From contig JBIJDH010000027.1 of NCBI GenBank assembly GCA_044344255.1, positions 1-64,000 on the forward strand: a stretch of 64,000 nucleotides of DNA, in the 5' to 3' direction. Below the pieces are notes generated by a model. The model searched no databases. It was not told the DNA's origin and worked only from the letters and a program-made list of their open reading frames with translations. Position 1 is the first letter of the stretch, and every line of letters starts with the position of its first letter. The translations under genes and the position numbers were made by a program. Source of the stretch: Myxococcota bacterium (GTDB lineage Bacteria; Myxococcota_A; UBA796; UBA2385). Below, piece by piece: positions 29,880-38,267 of the stretch.

Positions 29880-31001
29880 TCAACGCGCGGTGCTCCAGCA
29901 TCGTCCGCGGTGCGCGTCCAGGAAGGCGATCAGCTCCGGAAAGACGACCGCGGCGGCCTGGCGGCCGACGAGGGGGTCCTGGTGACCCCACTCCGGTCCG
30001 AGCACCCTCCAAACGCGCCGATCGGCCTGAAACTGCGCCACGGCAGGCTCGGCGGCGGAGGGTGGGCAGACGGTGTCACCCTCGGCGGCGAGGACGAAGA
30101 GGGGCACCGGGCTGCCCTCCAGGGCCGCGAGATAGTCGAGCCGGTCGTGCCGGTCGCAGAGGGAGCCGGAGCTCAGCCAACGGCTCATCTGCCTCAGCAA
30201 GCCGACGGGGGTGTCCTCCATGCCGTGGAGCTGGAGGCCACGGCGGACCGGCCCATCGGTGTCTGGGCTGAGCCGGTTGCTGAGCTCTGAGCCGCCGAAG
30301 GGCGCGAGGACCTGAGAGAGGGCCCGCGTGGGGACGATCCACTCCGAGGGCAAGAGGCGAGCGACCATCGCGGCGAGGCGAGCGTGGCTCTTCGGGGGTT
30401 CGAACTGAACCGCGGCGCAGAGGGCCGCGCCCGCCGCCACCTCCGCGGCCCCGCCGAGGGCGAGGTGGGCGTAGAGCAGCTGCCCGCCGAGCGAATGCCC
30501 CACCCAGAGCACACGCTCGGCGCCCGTGAGGGAGCGCACGCGCTCGATCGCCGCGGGGACATCACCCACGACGATGTCGTCAAAGTCAAAGCCCGCGCCG
30601 GCCGGATCGTCGGGGGGGACCGCGTGCCGGTCTCCCCGGTGCTCCATCAGGTAGACATCGAAGCCGGCGCCTTGGAGGGCGCGGGCCAACGACAGGCCCA
30701 ACACCAGATCGAAGGTGACCACGTTGGCGGCCAGATCGTGGAGCAGCAGCACCGGCTCTCCCGACGCCCCGGGCAGCGGCGGATAACGCCAGAGCGGGGC
30801 CTCCCAGCCGTCCGCCGCCCGGTAATAGACCCGGTCCGGGGGCACCTGATCGGGCGAGAGCGCGAAGGGCTCGCGAGGGTGCCCGGTCGCCCAGACCATG
30901 CTCATCGCCGCCCGCGCGAGGGTGGTGCTGATCGGTCGGAGTCGGTCCGCCTTGAGCGGGGGTGCGGGGGCCGCGGGGAGCGCGGCCGGTTCACGGCTCA
31001 T
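29880..31001 (-). CDS. alpha/beta hydrolase (lipase/PhaC-like fold)
   Basis: GHSLGG nucleophile elbow, GDTVCP (Asp) and WGHQD (His). Start at ATG 31001. Confidence 0.87.
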   Translation of the reverse strand: MSREPAALPAAPAPPLKADRLRPISTTLARAAMSMVWATGHPREPFALSPDQVPPDRVYYRAADGWEAPLWRYPPLPGASGEPVLLLHDLAANVVTFDLVLGLSLARALQGAGFDVYLMEHRGDRHAVPPDDPAGAGFDFDDIVVGDVPAAIERVRSLTGAERVLWVGHSLGGQLLYAHLALGGAAEVAAGAALCAAVQFEPPKSHARLAAMVARLLPSEWIVPTRALSQVLAPFGGSELSNRLSPDTDGPVRRGLQLHGMEDTPVGLLRQMSRWLSSGSLCDRHDRLDYLAALEGSPVPLFVLAAEGDTVCPPSAAEPAVAQFQADRRVWRVLGPEWGHQDPLVGRQAAAVVFPELIAFLDAHRGRCWSTAR

Positions 31002-31282
31002 CAGCGCCTCTGGCCGAACCGCGGGAGCCCGGCTCGAGCCGGGGGAGCGGGGAGAGAGGATCGGAGAAATGGACAGGTCGCGCCGCGGGCGATCAGCAAC
31101 AGCGGGACCCGCGTGGCACATCGCCCAAGCCGGTACGGGTCCAGAACAGCATCAGCTTCAATGAATTGGGAATCAGCAGCGGGGCTCAGCACAACGTGCG
31201 GCGCGACCAGCCAGTACCTCCGACCAGCGAGCCCCCATCGGCCTGCGCGCACTCCCAGGGGAACCAGGGAGATGCTCGACAG

Positions 31283-31310
31283 ATTCGAGCAAGGGGGGTT
31301 GGCATGTCAA
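31283..31310 (-). promoter_or_regulatory. putative sigma70-type promoter
   Basis: Minus strand reads TTGACA-N16-TCGAAT with a TG extended -10, upstream of the structured leader. Confidence 0.4.
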
Positions 31311-31396
31311 CACCAGTGGTCTACCACGCGCCCCCCGGAAGGTAAAGGCCCCACCCCGGGTTTGCGTCAAAGATCTCATGCATGATCGACACCATA

Positions 31397-31412
31397 TATT
31401 GACGCGTCAATA
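31397..31412. promoter_or_regulatory. perfect 16-bp palindrome, probable transcription-factor operator
   Basis: TATTGACGCGTCAATA is its own reverse complement and sits in an AT-rich intergenic patch. Confidence 0.6.
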
Positions 31413-31423
31413 GTCATGGCCCC

Positions 31424-31455
31424 AAAACAACACCGCGGGCCCTTCAAGGACCCGC
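31424..31455 (-). terminator. intrinsic terminator downstream of ppiD
   Basis: Minus-strand GC-rich hairpin gcgggtccttgaagggcccgc followed by ggtgttgtttt. Confidence 0.55.
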
Positions 31456-31501
31456 AGCGTCGGAGCTTAGCGTTGGAGCTAAGCTCGGCGATGGCTCATG
31501 A

Positions 31502-32974
31502 TCAGCTCGGGTAGACGACCTTGGCGCGCTTGACCAGATCGGCCTTCCAACGATCCGTGAAGGCCTCCCGCTCGACATACTGGAGGCGGGCACGGATCAT
31601 GCTGCGCTGTCCTTCGAACAGCGTGGGATCGGCTGGGGTGTAACTGCTGATCTCCACCAGCACGCGGGCGCCGTCTGCCACGAAGACCTGGTTGACCACG
31701 CCGACCGCCCGAGCCTTACCCAGGGCCGCCGTCAGGCCCGGCACCTCCCCGAGGCCGCGCAGGGTGGGGCGCGCCGGAGAGGAAGGAGGGGAGGTCTCCA
31801 CGGCGAGCGCGTAGGGGGCGAGCAGATCTTCAGGGACGCGGGCGTCGGCCTTCCACCGCTCGAGCACCTTGGTCGAGAAGTCAGCGGCGAAGCTGGCGAG
31901 GCCGTCTCGGGCGACGAGCTCCCGCGCGATCTCCGTCTTGGCGGTGTCGAAGGGCACAACCTCGGCGGGGGTGACGGACTGGACGAGGGCGATCTGCAGG
32001 CCACGCGCGGTCTGGAAGATGTCGGTCACCTTTCCTGACCCCGCCGAGAAGACCGCCGAGGCCATCGCCGGCTCCATCTGCGGCTCGGCGAGCAGGCCCT
32101 GCACGCCGCCGTTGACCGCGGTCAGGTCCTCACTGTGTCGGCGGGCGAGCTGCGCGAAGTCGGCGCCAGCGCGGGCCTCCGCCAGGATCTTCTCCAGGCG
32201 GGCGCGGAGCAGCGCCTCGTCCTCTTTGCCTTGATCCAGATCGGTGCGAAGCAGGATGGTCGAGACCTCCGCCTTCTGGGGCTTGTGGTACCGACCGAGG
32301 GGGTCGGTGTCGTAGGCCTTCTGGATGTCGCTGGCCCGCCCGGCCACCACAGCCTCCGCCGCGGCGGGGTCAACGGGGACGCCGGTGATCAGCGACTCGT
32401 CGGGGATCCGCACCCAGCGGACCACAACCTCGGAGCTCTCCGCTTCGAAGGCCGCCTTGAGCGCCCCCTCCGGAGTCTGCACCGCGGCCTCCACGACGTT
32501 CATCAGCTTCGAGAGAAGCAGCTGCTGCTCGATGTCCACCTGGAACTTGCCGCTGTTGGAGCCCATGCGGAGGAGGGCTCGCTTGTAGATCTCCTCGCTG
32601 AAGCGACCCTGCTCATCTTGAAACTCGGGGATGTCGGCGATGTACCGCAGCACCTCGGTGTCCGAGACCGTGAGCCCGAGGCGCTCGGCCTCCGAGAGCA
32701 GCACCTGCTTCTCGATCAGGCGGTCGGACACCTCCTTGCGGAGCTTCTTCTGACCGGCCTCATCGAGCTCCTGGTCTCGCATCGCTGACCGCATCGCCCG
32801 GGTGAGCTCGCTGCCGCGGATCTGGGTGCCGTTGACCTCCGCGACCAGCCCGTCTTCGGTGCCAGTGCTGCCGGAATTGACGCCCCAAAAGATGAAGAGG
32901 AAGGTGATGAGGCCAAAGAAGGCCTTCATCAACGTGTTGTCCGTTCCCTTCCGGATGCTGTCCATCAACGACAT
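31502..32974 (-). CDS. ppiD: periplasmic chaperone / PPIase PpiD (SurA N-terminal + parvulin domain)
   Basis: N-terminal TM; VAEVNG, LLSEAERLGLTVSDTEV, FQDEQGRF and ADFAQLARRHSED motifs. Confidence 0.85.
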   Translation of the reverse strand: MSLMDSIRKGTDNTLMKAFFGLITFLFIFWGVNSGSTGTEDGLVAEVNGTQIRGSELTRAMRSAMRDQELDEAGQKKLRKEVSDRLIEKQVLLSEAERLGLTVSDTEVLRYIADIPEFQDEQGRFSEEIYKRALLRMGSNSGKFQVDIEQQLLLSKLMNVVEAAVQTPEGALKAAFEAESSEVVVRWVRIPDESLITGVPVDPAAAEAVVAGRASDIQKAYDTDPLGRYHKPQKAEVSTILLRTDLDQGKEDEALLRARLEKILAEARAGADFAQLARRHSEDLTAVNGGVQGLLAEPQMEPAMASAVFSAGSGKVTDIFQTARGLQIALVQSVTPAEVVPFDTAKTEIARELVARDGLASFAADFSTKVLERWKADARVPEDLLAPYALAVETSPPSSPARPTLRGLGEVPGLTAALGKARAVGVVNQVFVADGARVLVEISSYTPADPTLFEGQRSMIRARLQYVEREAFTDRWKADLVKRAKVVYPS

Positions 32975-33124
32975 ATGAACCTCGGCCGCCGCACATATGA
33001 CGGCACGGCCACCCTGCAAAGCCGCTGGCCCCAGGATGGCTGCCTCCCGCCGCACTTCGGGCGGATGCTACAGATGTTTCCTGAAGCGTGGCCCGCGCAC
33101 GGGGCCTGGAGCCCGACGCCTATT

Positions 33125-34000
33125 TTATTTCCAGAGCGTGCCCTGCGCCCCCGAAATCGGGCCGCTGCGCTGATAGCGCTTCTTGGCGCGGCCCATCCAG
33201 TCCTTCAGGTTGGCCTGGCGGGTGTCGTTCGAAGGGTGGGTCGAGAGGAAGGCGGGCAGGCTGCTCCCGCCGGTCTCCTTCTCCATCCGGTCCCAGAGCG
33301 CGATGGACTCCTCGGGTGGGTATCCGGCGCGGGCCATGTACATCAGGCCGATGATGTCGGCCTCGGTCTCCTGCTTTCGGGAGAATGGCAGGATGATACC
33401 CACCTCTGCGCCAGCCCCCAACGCGCCGATGACGATCTGCTTCTGCTGGGCGCTGAGCTCTGTCTTGCGGTCCACATACAGGTACATCGCCGCGAGGCCG
33501 CCGAGCAGCGTGAGCTGCTGACTCAGGCGCTCGCCGCCATGATGGGCGACCGCGTGGCCCACCTCGTGCCCCATCACGAAGGCCATGCCCGCCTCATTGC
33601 GGAGCACCGGCAATATTCCAGAATAGAAGGCAATCTTTCCGCCCGGCAGACACCAGGCATTGACGGTCTTGTCATCCTCGATGAGGGAGTACTTCCACTT
33701 GTAGCTGGGCTCGTCGGCCACCTTCGAGATGCGCTTTCCGACCCGGCTGAGCACATCGTAGCTCGATGAGCCCTTGTCCAGCTTCGCGCTCGCCAAGGTC
33801 TCCTTGTAGGTGCGCTTGCCCATCGGCAACATCACCGAGTCCGGGATCAGGTTGTACTGCGCGCGCCCGGTCACCGGCGCGTGGGCGCAGCCGATGAGGG
33901 AAGCCAGCACGCCGACGAACAGCGCGGGGCGAGGCGCCCCCCGGCCGAGCAGCGCTCGGCCAACGGCACGGATTCCAGCAATCGAGTCGAAAGGGAACAT
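33125..34000 (-). CDS. M48 family metallopeptidase lipoprotein
   Basis: LIGC lipobox; NAWCLPGG, GHEVGH (HExxH), FSRKQETEAD and LSTHP motifs. Confidence 0.92.
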   Translation of the reverse strand: MFPFDSIAGIRAVGRALLGRGAPRPALFVGVLASLIGCAHAPVTGRAQYNLIPDSVMLPMGKRTYKETLASAKLDKGSSSYDVLSRVGKRISKVADEPSYKWKYSLIEDDKTVNAWCLPGGKIAFYSGILPVLRNEAGMAFVMGHEVGHAVAHHGGERLSQQLTLLGGLAAMYLYVDRKTELSAQQKQIVIGALGAGAEVGIILPFSRKQETEADIIGLMYMARAGYPPEESIALWDRMEKETGGSSLPAFLSTHPSNDTRQANLKDWMGRAKKRYQRSGPISGAQGTLWK

Positions 34001-34227
34001 TCTTCCTCGCTTGGCAGGCACCAGGGCTCGCCTCGAAACAAGATGAGGGTCTCTATCGCCCGGTCCACGCCGACGGGCTACATCTACCGCCCACCCTGGT
34101 CCTATCAACCCTCGAGCGGTCCCCCACCCTCCGGTTGAGTCAACGGACCTCCGCCGCGCTCCCCGCCGGCTCCGCCCACCCCTTTCATCACCTCCCCCTC
34201 ACCTCCCCCCTCCCGCCTGGGCGACCC

Positions 34228-35253
34228 ATGTTCAATTCCGTGCTCGGCGCGATCACCTCCGATCTGGCCGTCGATCTCGGCACCAGCACGACGCGCATCG
34301 CGGTCGCCGGCCGCGGCGTCGTCTCTGCCGAGCCCTCTGTCGTCGCCATCGTGGAGGACCGCCAGGGCCGCCGCCGCATCCTCGCGGTCGGCGCCGCCGC
34401 CGCACGGATGGAGGGGCGGGCCCCTCGAGACGTCCGGGTCGTGCGCCCGATCCACGACGGGTCGATCGCCGACTTCGAGGTCGTCGAGGCCATGCTCCGG
34501 CACCTCGTGGTCATCGTCCAGGGTCGGCGCCTGTGGGTGGGCCCGCGGGTGACCATCGCGGTGCCGTACGGCATCACGGACATGGAGCGCAGGGCGATGC
34601 GGGAGTCCGCTGAGGCCTCCGGCGCGCGCGAGGTGATCCTCGTTGATCAACCGCTGGCTGCCGCGGTCGGCGTCGGGCTGCCCATCCACGAGGCCCGCGG
34701 GCACATGATCGTGGACGTCGGCGCCGGTAGCACGTCGGTGAGCGTCATCTCGCTCGGCGGGGTCGTCTACTCCCGGTCCGTGAAGGTGGGCGGCGACCAT
34801 ATGGATCTCGCCATCATCCACCACGTCCACGAGCAGCACGGGATCGTGATCGGGCGGGCGATGGCGGAGGAGGCCCGGCGCGCGATTGGCAGCGCCATGC
34901 CCGGCGCCCCCCGCGCGCAGTTCCTGGTGAGAGGACGACAGGCCGAGAGCGGCTACCCGCGCGCCGTCGAGATCGACTCGGACGAGGTGCGCGCCGCCCT
35001 GCAGGAGCCGGTGGGCCTCATCGCGGAGTCTATCCTCGCCTCCCTGGAGCGGACCCCCCCGGATCTGGCCGCCGACGTCTCCGAGACCGGCATCGTGCTC
35101 ACCGGTGGTGTCGCCCAGATGAACGGCCTCGACCGGGTCGTGAGCCACTCCGCCGGCCTACCGGTGATCGTCGCCGAGGAGCCGACCCTCTCAGTGGTCC
35201 TGGGGGCGTCGCGGGTGCACCAAGTTGCCGAGCCCATCCGCCGCGCGAGCTGA
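34228..35253 (+). CDS. mreB: MreB-family actin homolog (divergent orphan paralog)
   Basis: DLGT, EPSVVA, RPIHDGSIADF, ERRAMRESA, DVGAGST, GGD and GIVLTGG motifs. No mreC/mreD adjacent. Confidence 0.88.
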   Translation: MFNSVLGAITSDLAVDLGTSTTRIAVAGRGVVSAEPSVVAIVEDRQGRRRILAVGAAAARMEGRAPRDVRVVRPIHDGSIADFEVVEAMLRHLVVIVQGRRLWVGPRVTIAVPYGITDMERRAMRESAEASGAREVILVDQPLAAAVGVGLPIHEARGHMIVDVGAGSTSVSVISLGGVVYSRSVKVGGDHMDLAIIHHVHEQHGIVIGRAMAEEARRAIGSAMPGAPRAQFLVRGRQAESGYPRAVEIDSDEVRAALQEPVGLIAESILASLERTPPDLAADVSETGIVLTGGVAQMNGLDRVVSHSAGLPVIVAEEPTLSVVLGASRVHQVAEPIRRAS

Positions 35254-35283
35254 GCCGGGGCGGATGAGCGGCTCACCTTCGGG

Positions 35284-35616
35284 TCAGGCCACGCCCGCCT
35301 TCCCGATGAGCTCGTTCAGCTTGGCCTGATTGAGCGTGCCGACGTGCTGCCCCACCACCTTGCCCTCATTGAAGACGAGCAGGGTGGGGATGCTGCGCAC
35401 CTGGTACTTCATCGCGACCTTCTGGTTCTTGTCGACATCGACCTTGGCGACCTTGAGGCGCCCGGCGAAGCTGTCGGCGGCGGAGTCGACGAGGGGCGCG
35501 ATGACCTTGCAGGGGCCGCACCAGATGGCCCAGAAGTCTACGAGGACCGGCCCTCCGGCAGCGACGAGCTGGTCAAAGTCAGTGTCGGTCGCGGTGATCA
35601 CGTTCGGGCTGGCCAT
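35284..35616 (-). CDS. trxA: thioredoxin
   Basis: VLVDFWAIWCGPCK and SIPTLL motifs; 110 aa. Confidence 0.95.
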   Translation of the reverse strand: MASPNVITATDTDFDQLVAAGGPVLVDFWAIWCGPCKVIAPLVDSAADSFAGRLKVAKVDVDKNQKVAMKYQVRSIPTLLVFNEGKVVGQHVGTLNQAKLNELIGKAGVA

Positions 35617-35786
35617 CTTGACTCCTGGGAGGCCTCGGCGAGGCTCCAACCTGCAAGGGAGTTGGGTACGGAGAGTCGCCGACCCCGGGGGCCGCGCGGC
35701 TCGCCCCGCTCATGTAGGATCGGGCGCGCGCCGCGACAAGCCCGCATCCACGGAGACACCGCTCCATCGTAAGAGGATCCTGTTGT

Positions 35787-37412
35787 ATGGCCGAGAACTG
35801 GGCTGACGATGCGTGGTCGGGGCGCGACTTCCTCGACGTCGTGGAGGGGCCGATCGATCGGTTCCGGCCGATCCGCGTGCTCTTCCTCGTCCACCGCACG
35901 AGCGCCAGCGGCACCCTGTTCGTCACCGGAGACTGGGCCTTCTCCATCCGGAGCTACAATGGCCAGATCGTCTCTGCGGAGGGGGCACGGGGCCTGATGT
36001 CCGCCCTCGGCATCGAGGCCGAAGAGACCGATCTCCTCTCCCAGCTCAGCGCGGCGATCCGGGCCGGCATCAGCGCTGATCGGGCGATCGAGGCCGCAGG
36101 GGACGCGCTCGGCGACATGCTCGCCCACACCAGCCAGTGGACCGACGGCCTCGTTCGCTTCGAGTCTGGCGGCGGGCGGGGTCAAGTCTCGATCCCGGTG
36201 TCGATCCCCCGCGTGATCGCCGGCGGGCTCCGCCGGGTCCGGCCCGCGGAGGTCGTCCGCCGGGAGCTTGGGCGGCACCGCCACGCCCCGCTGCGCCTGC
36301 AGGTCCCCAACGACGCCCCCGACTCCCAGTGGGGCCTCCCTCCCGTCGCCTTTCGCCTCGTCCGCGACGCGGTGCGCGTGAGCAGCCTGGGCGAGCTCCT
36401 TGGCGCCGCTCGCGGTGGAGAGACCGATGAGGGCTGGCTCGCCGTCGATCTGGCCGTACAGCTCGGCCTGCTGCAGATCCGCACGGAGTCCGTGCGTGGC
36501 GTCGCAGAGGTCGAGCTGAGCGCCGAGGACCGGACCCTTCAAGCCGAGCTGCGCGGCGTCGCCCTCCACTTCGTCCGCGCCTCCGCCACCGAGGTGCTCC
36601 AGATCACCACCTCCGCCCAGGCCACCGACGCAGGGATCGACCGCGCCTTCCGCGACGCCTCGAGCCGCTTTCACCCTGACCGCTTCATGCGCCACCACAA
36701 GGCCGTCCAGCAGGCCGCGGCCGAGTGTTTCGCGTTGGTGAGCGATGCCCGCTCCGCCATCCACGACAATCCCGAGGCCCGGGCCGAGCTCGAGGCCCGC
36801 CTCCGCGCCAAGGAGGAGGGCCGGACCTTCATCTCCGCTCGGGAGAAGGGCAGCATCGAGAAGGCAAGGAGCGCGGCAGACTTCGCCATCCGGAAGCGCG
36901 ACTGGCAGGACGCCTGGACCCAAGCCTCCTTCGTGCTCGCCCTCGACCCCGCCGACTGCCGCTCGTTGTACGCGGCCGCCCTCGCCGGCTGGCGGCTCGG
37001 CAAGCTCAGCTCCACGGACGCGGTCGAGCGGATCCGTGGGCTCTCCTGGTCCAACCAGCGAGAGAAGGCTGAGGCCCTTTTTCAAGCCGGCGAGATCCTG
37101 GTCTCGGCGACCCCCATCACTCCGACGCAGGAGGCCGAGGCCCTCGGCCTCTTCCACCTCTCCGTGGCGGCCGACCCCGAACACGTCGGGGCGCGCCGCC
37201 GAATCCGCCTCCACGAGAAGCGCACGGCGCCCCCTCCTGAGCCGCCTTCCACCGGCGGCTTCTCCCTGAAGGGGCTCTTTTCGTGGCGAAAGAACGGCGG
37301 CACCGACGAGAGCGCGACCCCGCCGACCGAAGCCCAGAAGGACCGCTCGCCCGCCCCAGCCAAGGCCAACCCTGCGCCCGCCGGGCCCCCGAAGCCAGCT
37401 CCGAAGCGCTGA
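35787..37412 (+). CDS. DUF4388-like / J-domain (HPD) / TPR protein
   Basis: N-terminal SGTLFV...GQIVSA..W.DG...F; AFRDASSRFHPDRF J-domain; TPR-like helices; Pro-rich tail. Confidence 0.75.
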   Translation: MAENWADDAWSGRDFLDVVEGPIDRFRPIRVLFLVHRTSASGTLFVTGDWAFSIRSYNGQIVSAEGARGLMSALGIEAEETDLLSQLSAAIRAGISADRAIEAAGDALGDMLAHTSQWTDGLVRFESGGGRGQVSIPVSIPRVIAGGLRRVRPAEVVRRELGRHRHAPLRLQVPNDAPDSQWGLPPVAFRLVRDAVRVSSLGELLGAARGGETDEGWLAVDLAVQLGLLQIRTESVRGVAEVELSAEDRTLQAELRGVALHFVRASATEVLQITTSAQATDAGIDRAFRDASSRFHPDRFMRHHKAVQQAAAECFALVSDARSAIHDNPEARAELEARLRAKEEGRTFISAREKGSIEKARSAADFAIRKRDWQDAWTQASFVLALDPADCRSLYAAALAGWRLGKLSSTDAVERIRGLSWSNQREKAEALFQAGEILVSATPITPTQEAEALGLFHLSVAADPEHVGARRRIRLHEKRTAPPPEPPSTGGFSLKGLFSWRKNGGTDESATPPTEAQKDRSPAPAKANPAPAGPPKPAPKR

Positions 37413-37469
37413 CCCCTCGCCCGTCACGCGGTGGTGCCGGCCGCCGCCCCGCGCTACACCGCGCCGGTC

Positions 37470-38267
37470 ATGGAGCGCGCACTCTTCATCCTCGCACTGC
37501 TGGCCTGGCTCCCACCGATCCTGCAGCGGTGGTCGGGCCGGGATCGTCTCCTGTTGCCGAACGGGCTCTGGCTCGGACTCGGGGTCCTGATGCAGATCGG
37601 GGCGCTCTCCGCGGAGGCCGTCGACCTGGGTCGCGTCCCCCTCGACTCCATGCGCTGGGGCCTCGCGCTCTTGTCCTTGTGGGTGGTCGCCGCCGCGCTC
37701 TACCTCCGCCGCCAACCGAGGATGGACATCGTCGGGAGCCTCCTCGCCGGGCTGTCGATCCTGCTGCTGGGCGGCGCGATCCTCGCCCCGGACGCCGGCG
37801 AGGCCGATCCCTTCACCTCCTTCTGGTTCCTGCTCCACGTCGCCCTGATCCTCCTCGGAGTGCTCGGCCTCGCGTTGTCCTTCACGCTGTCTGTGCTCTT
37901 CCTCTGGCTGCGATGGCGGCTGAAGCAGCGGCAGCTCCAGGGCATCGCCCGCATGCCGTCGCTGGACACCCTGGACCGCTTGAACGCCCAGACGATGGCC
38001 CTCGGCTTCGTCTCCCTCACCGCCGGCATGGGCGTCGGCTACCTCAGCATCGCCGCGCACCCCGAAGATCGACTGGTGCCCGATGTCACCATCTACACCA
38101 CCCTCGCGATCTGGATCTGGTACGCGGCCGGACTGCACATGCGGCTCGTCGCCGGCTGGCGCGGGCGCCTCGCCGCGATCTTCGGCGTCGTCGGCTTCTC
38201 CGCCCTCGGCTTCCTGGTCGGCCTCGCGATGCTCATGCTGAACGGTTGGCACGGGTTCGGTGACTGA
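37470..38267 (+). CDS. ccsA: cytochrome c assembly family membrane protein (CcsA/HemX-like)
   Basis: Eight predicted TM segments; LLHV, PSLDTLDRLN and GWRGR motifs; directly upstream of hemA. Confidence 0.85.
   Translation: MERALFILALLAWLPPILQRWSGRDRLLLPNGLWLGLGVLMQIGALSAEAVDLGRVPLDSMRWGLALLSLWVVAAALYLRRQPRMDIVGSLLAGLSILLLGGAILAPDAGEADPFTSFWFLLHVALILLGVLGLALSFTLSVLFLWLRWRLKQRQLQGIARMPSLDTLDRLNAQTMALGFVSLTAGMGVGYLSIAAHPEDRLVPDVTIYTTLAIWIWYAAGLHMRLVAGWRGRLAAIFGVVGFSALGFLVGLAMLMLNGWHGFGD

Noticed and set aside
31100..31290. Assignment of the structured region as tRNA, 6S, SRP or a known riboswitch
   Set aside because: I could not match a cloverleaf, T-loop, SRP loop or any known aptamer consensus by eye, so it is kept only as an unassigned candidate.
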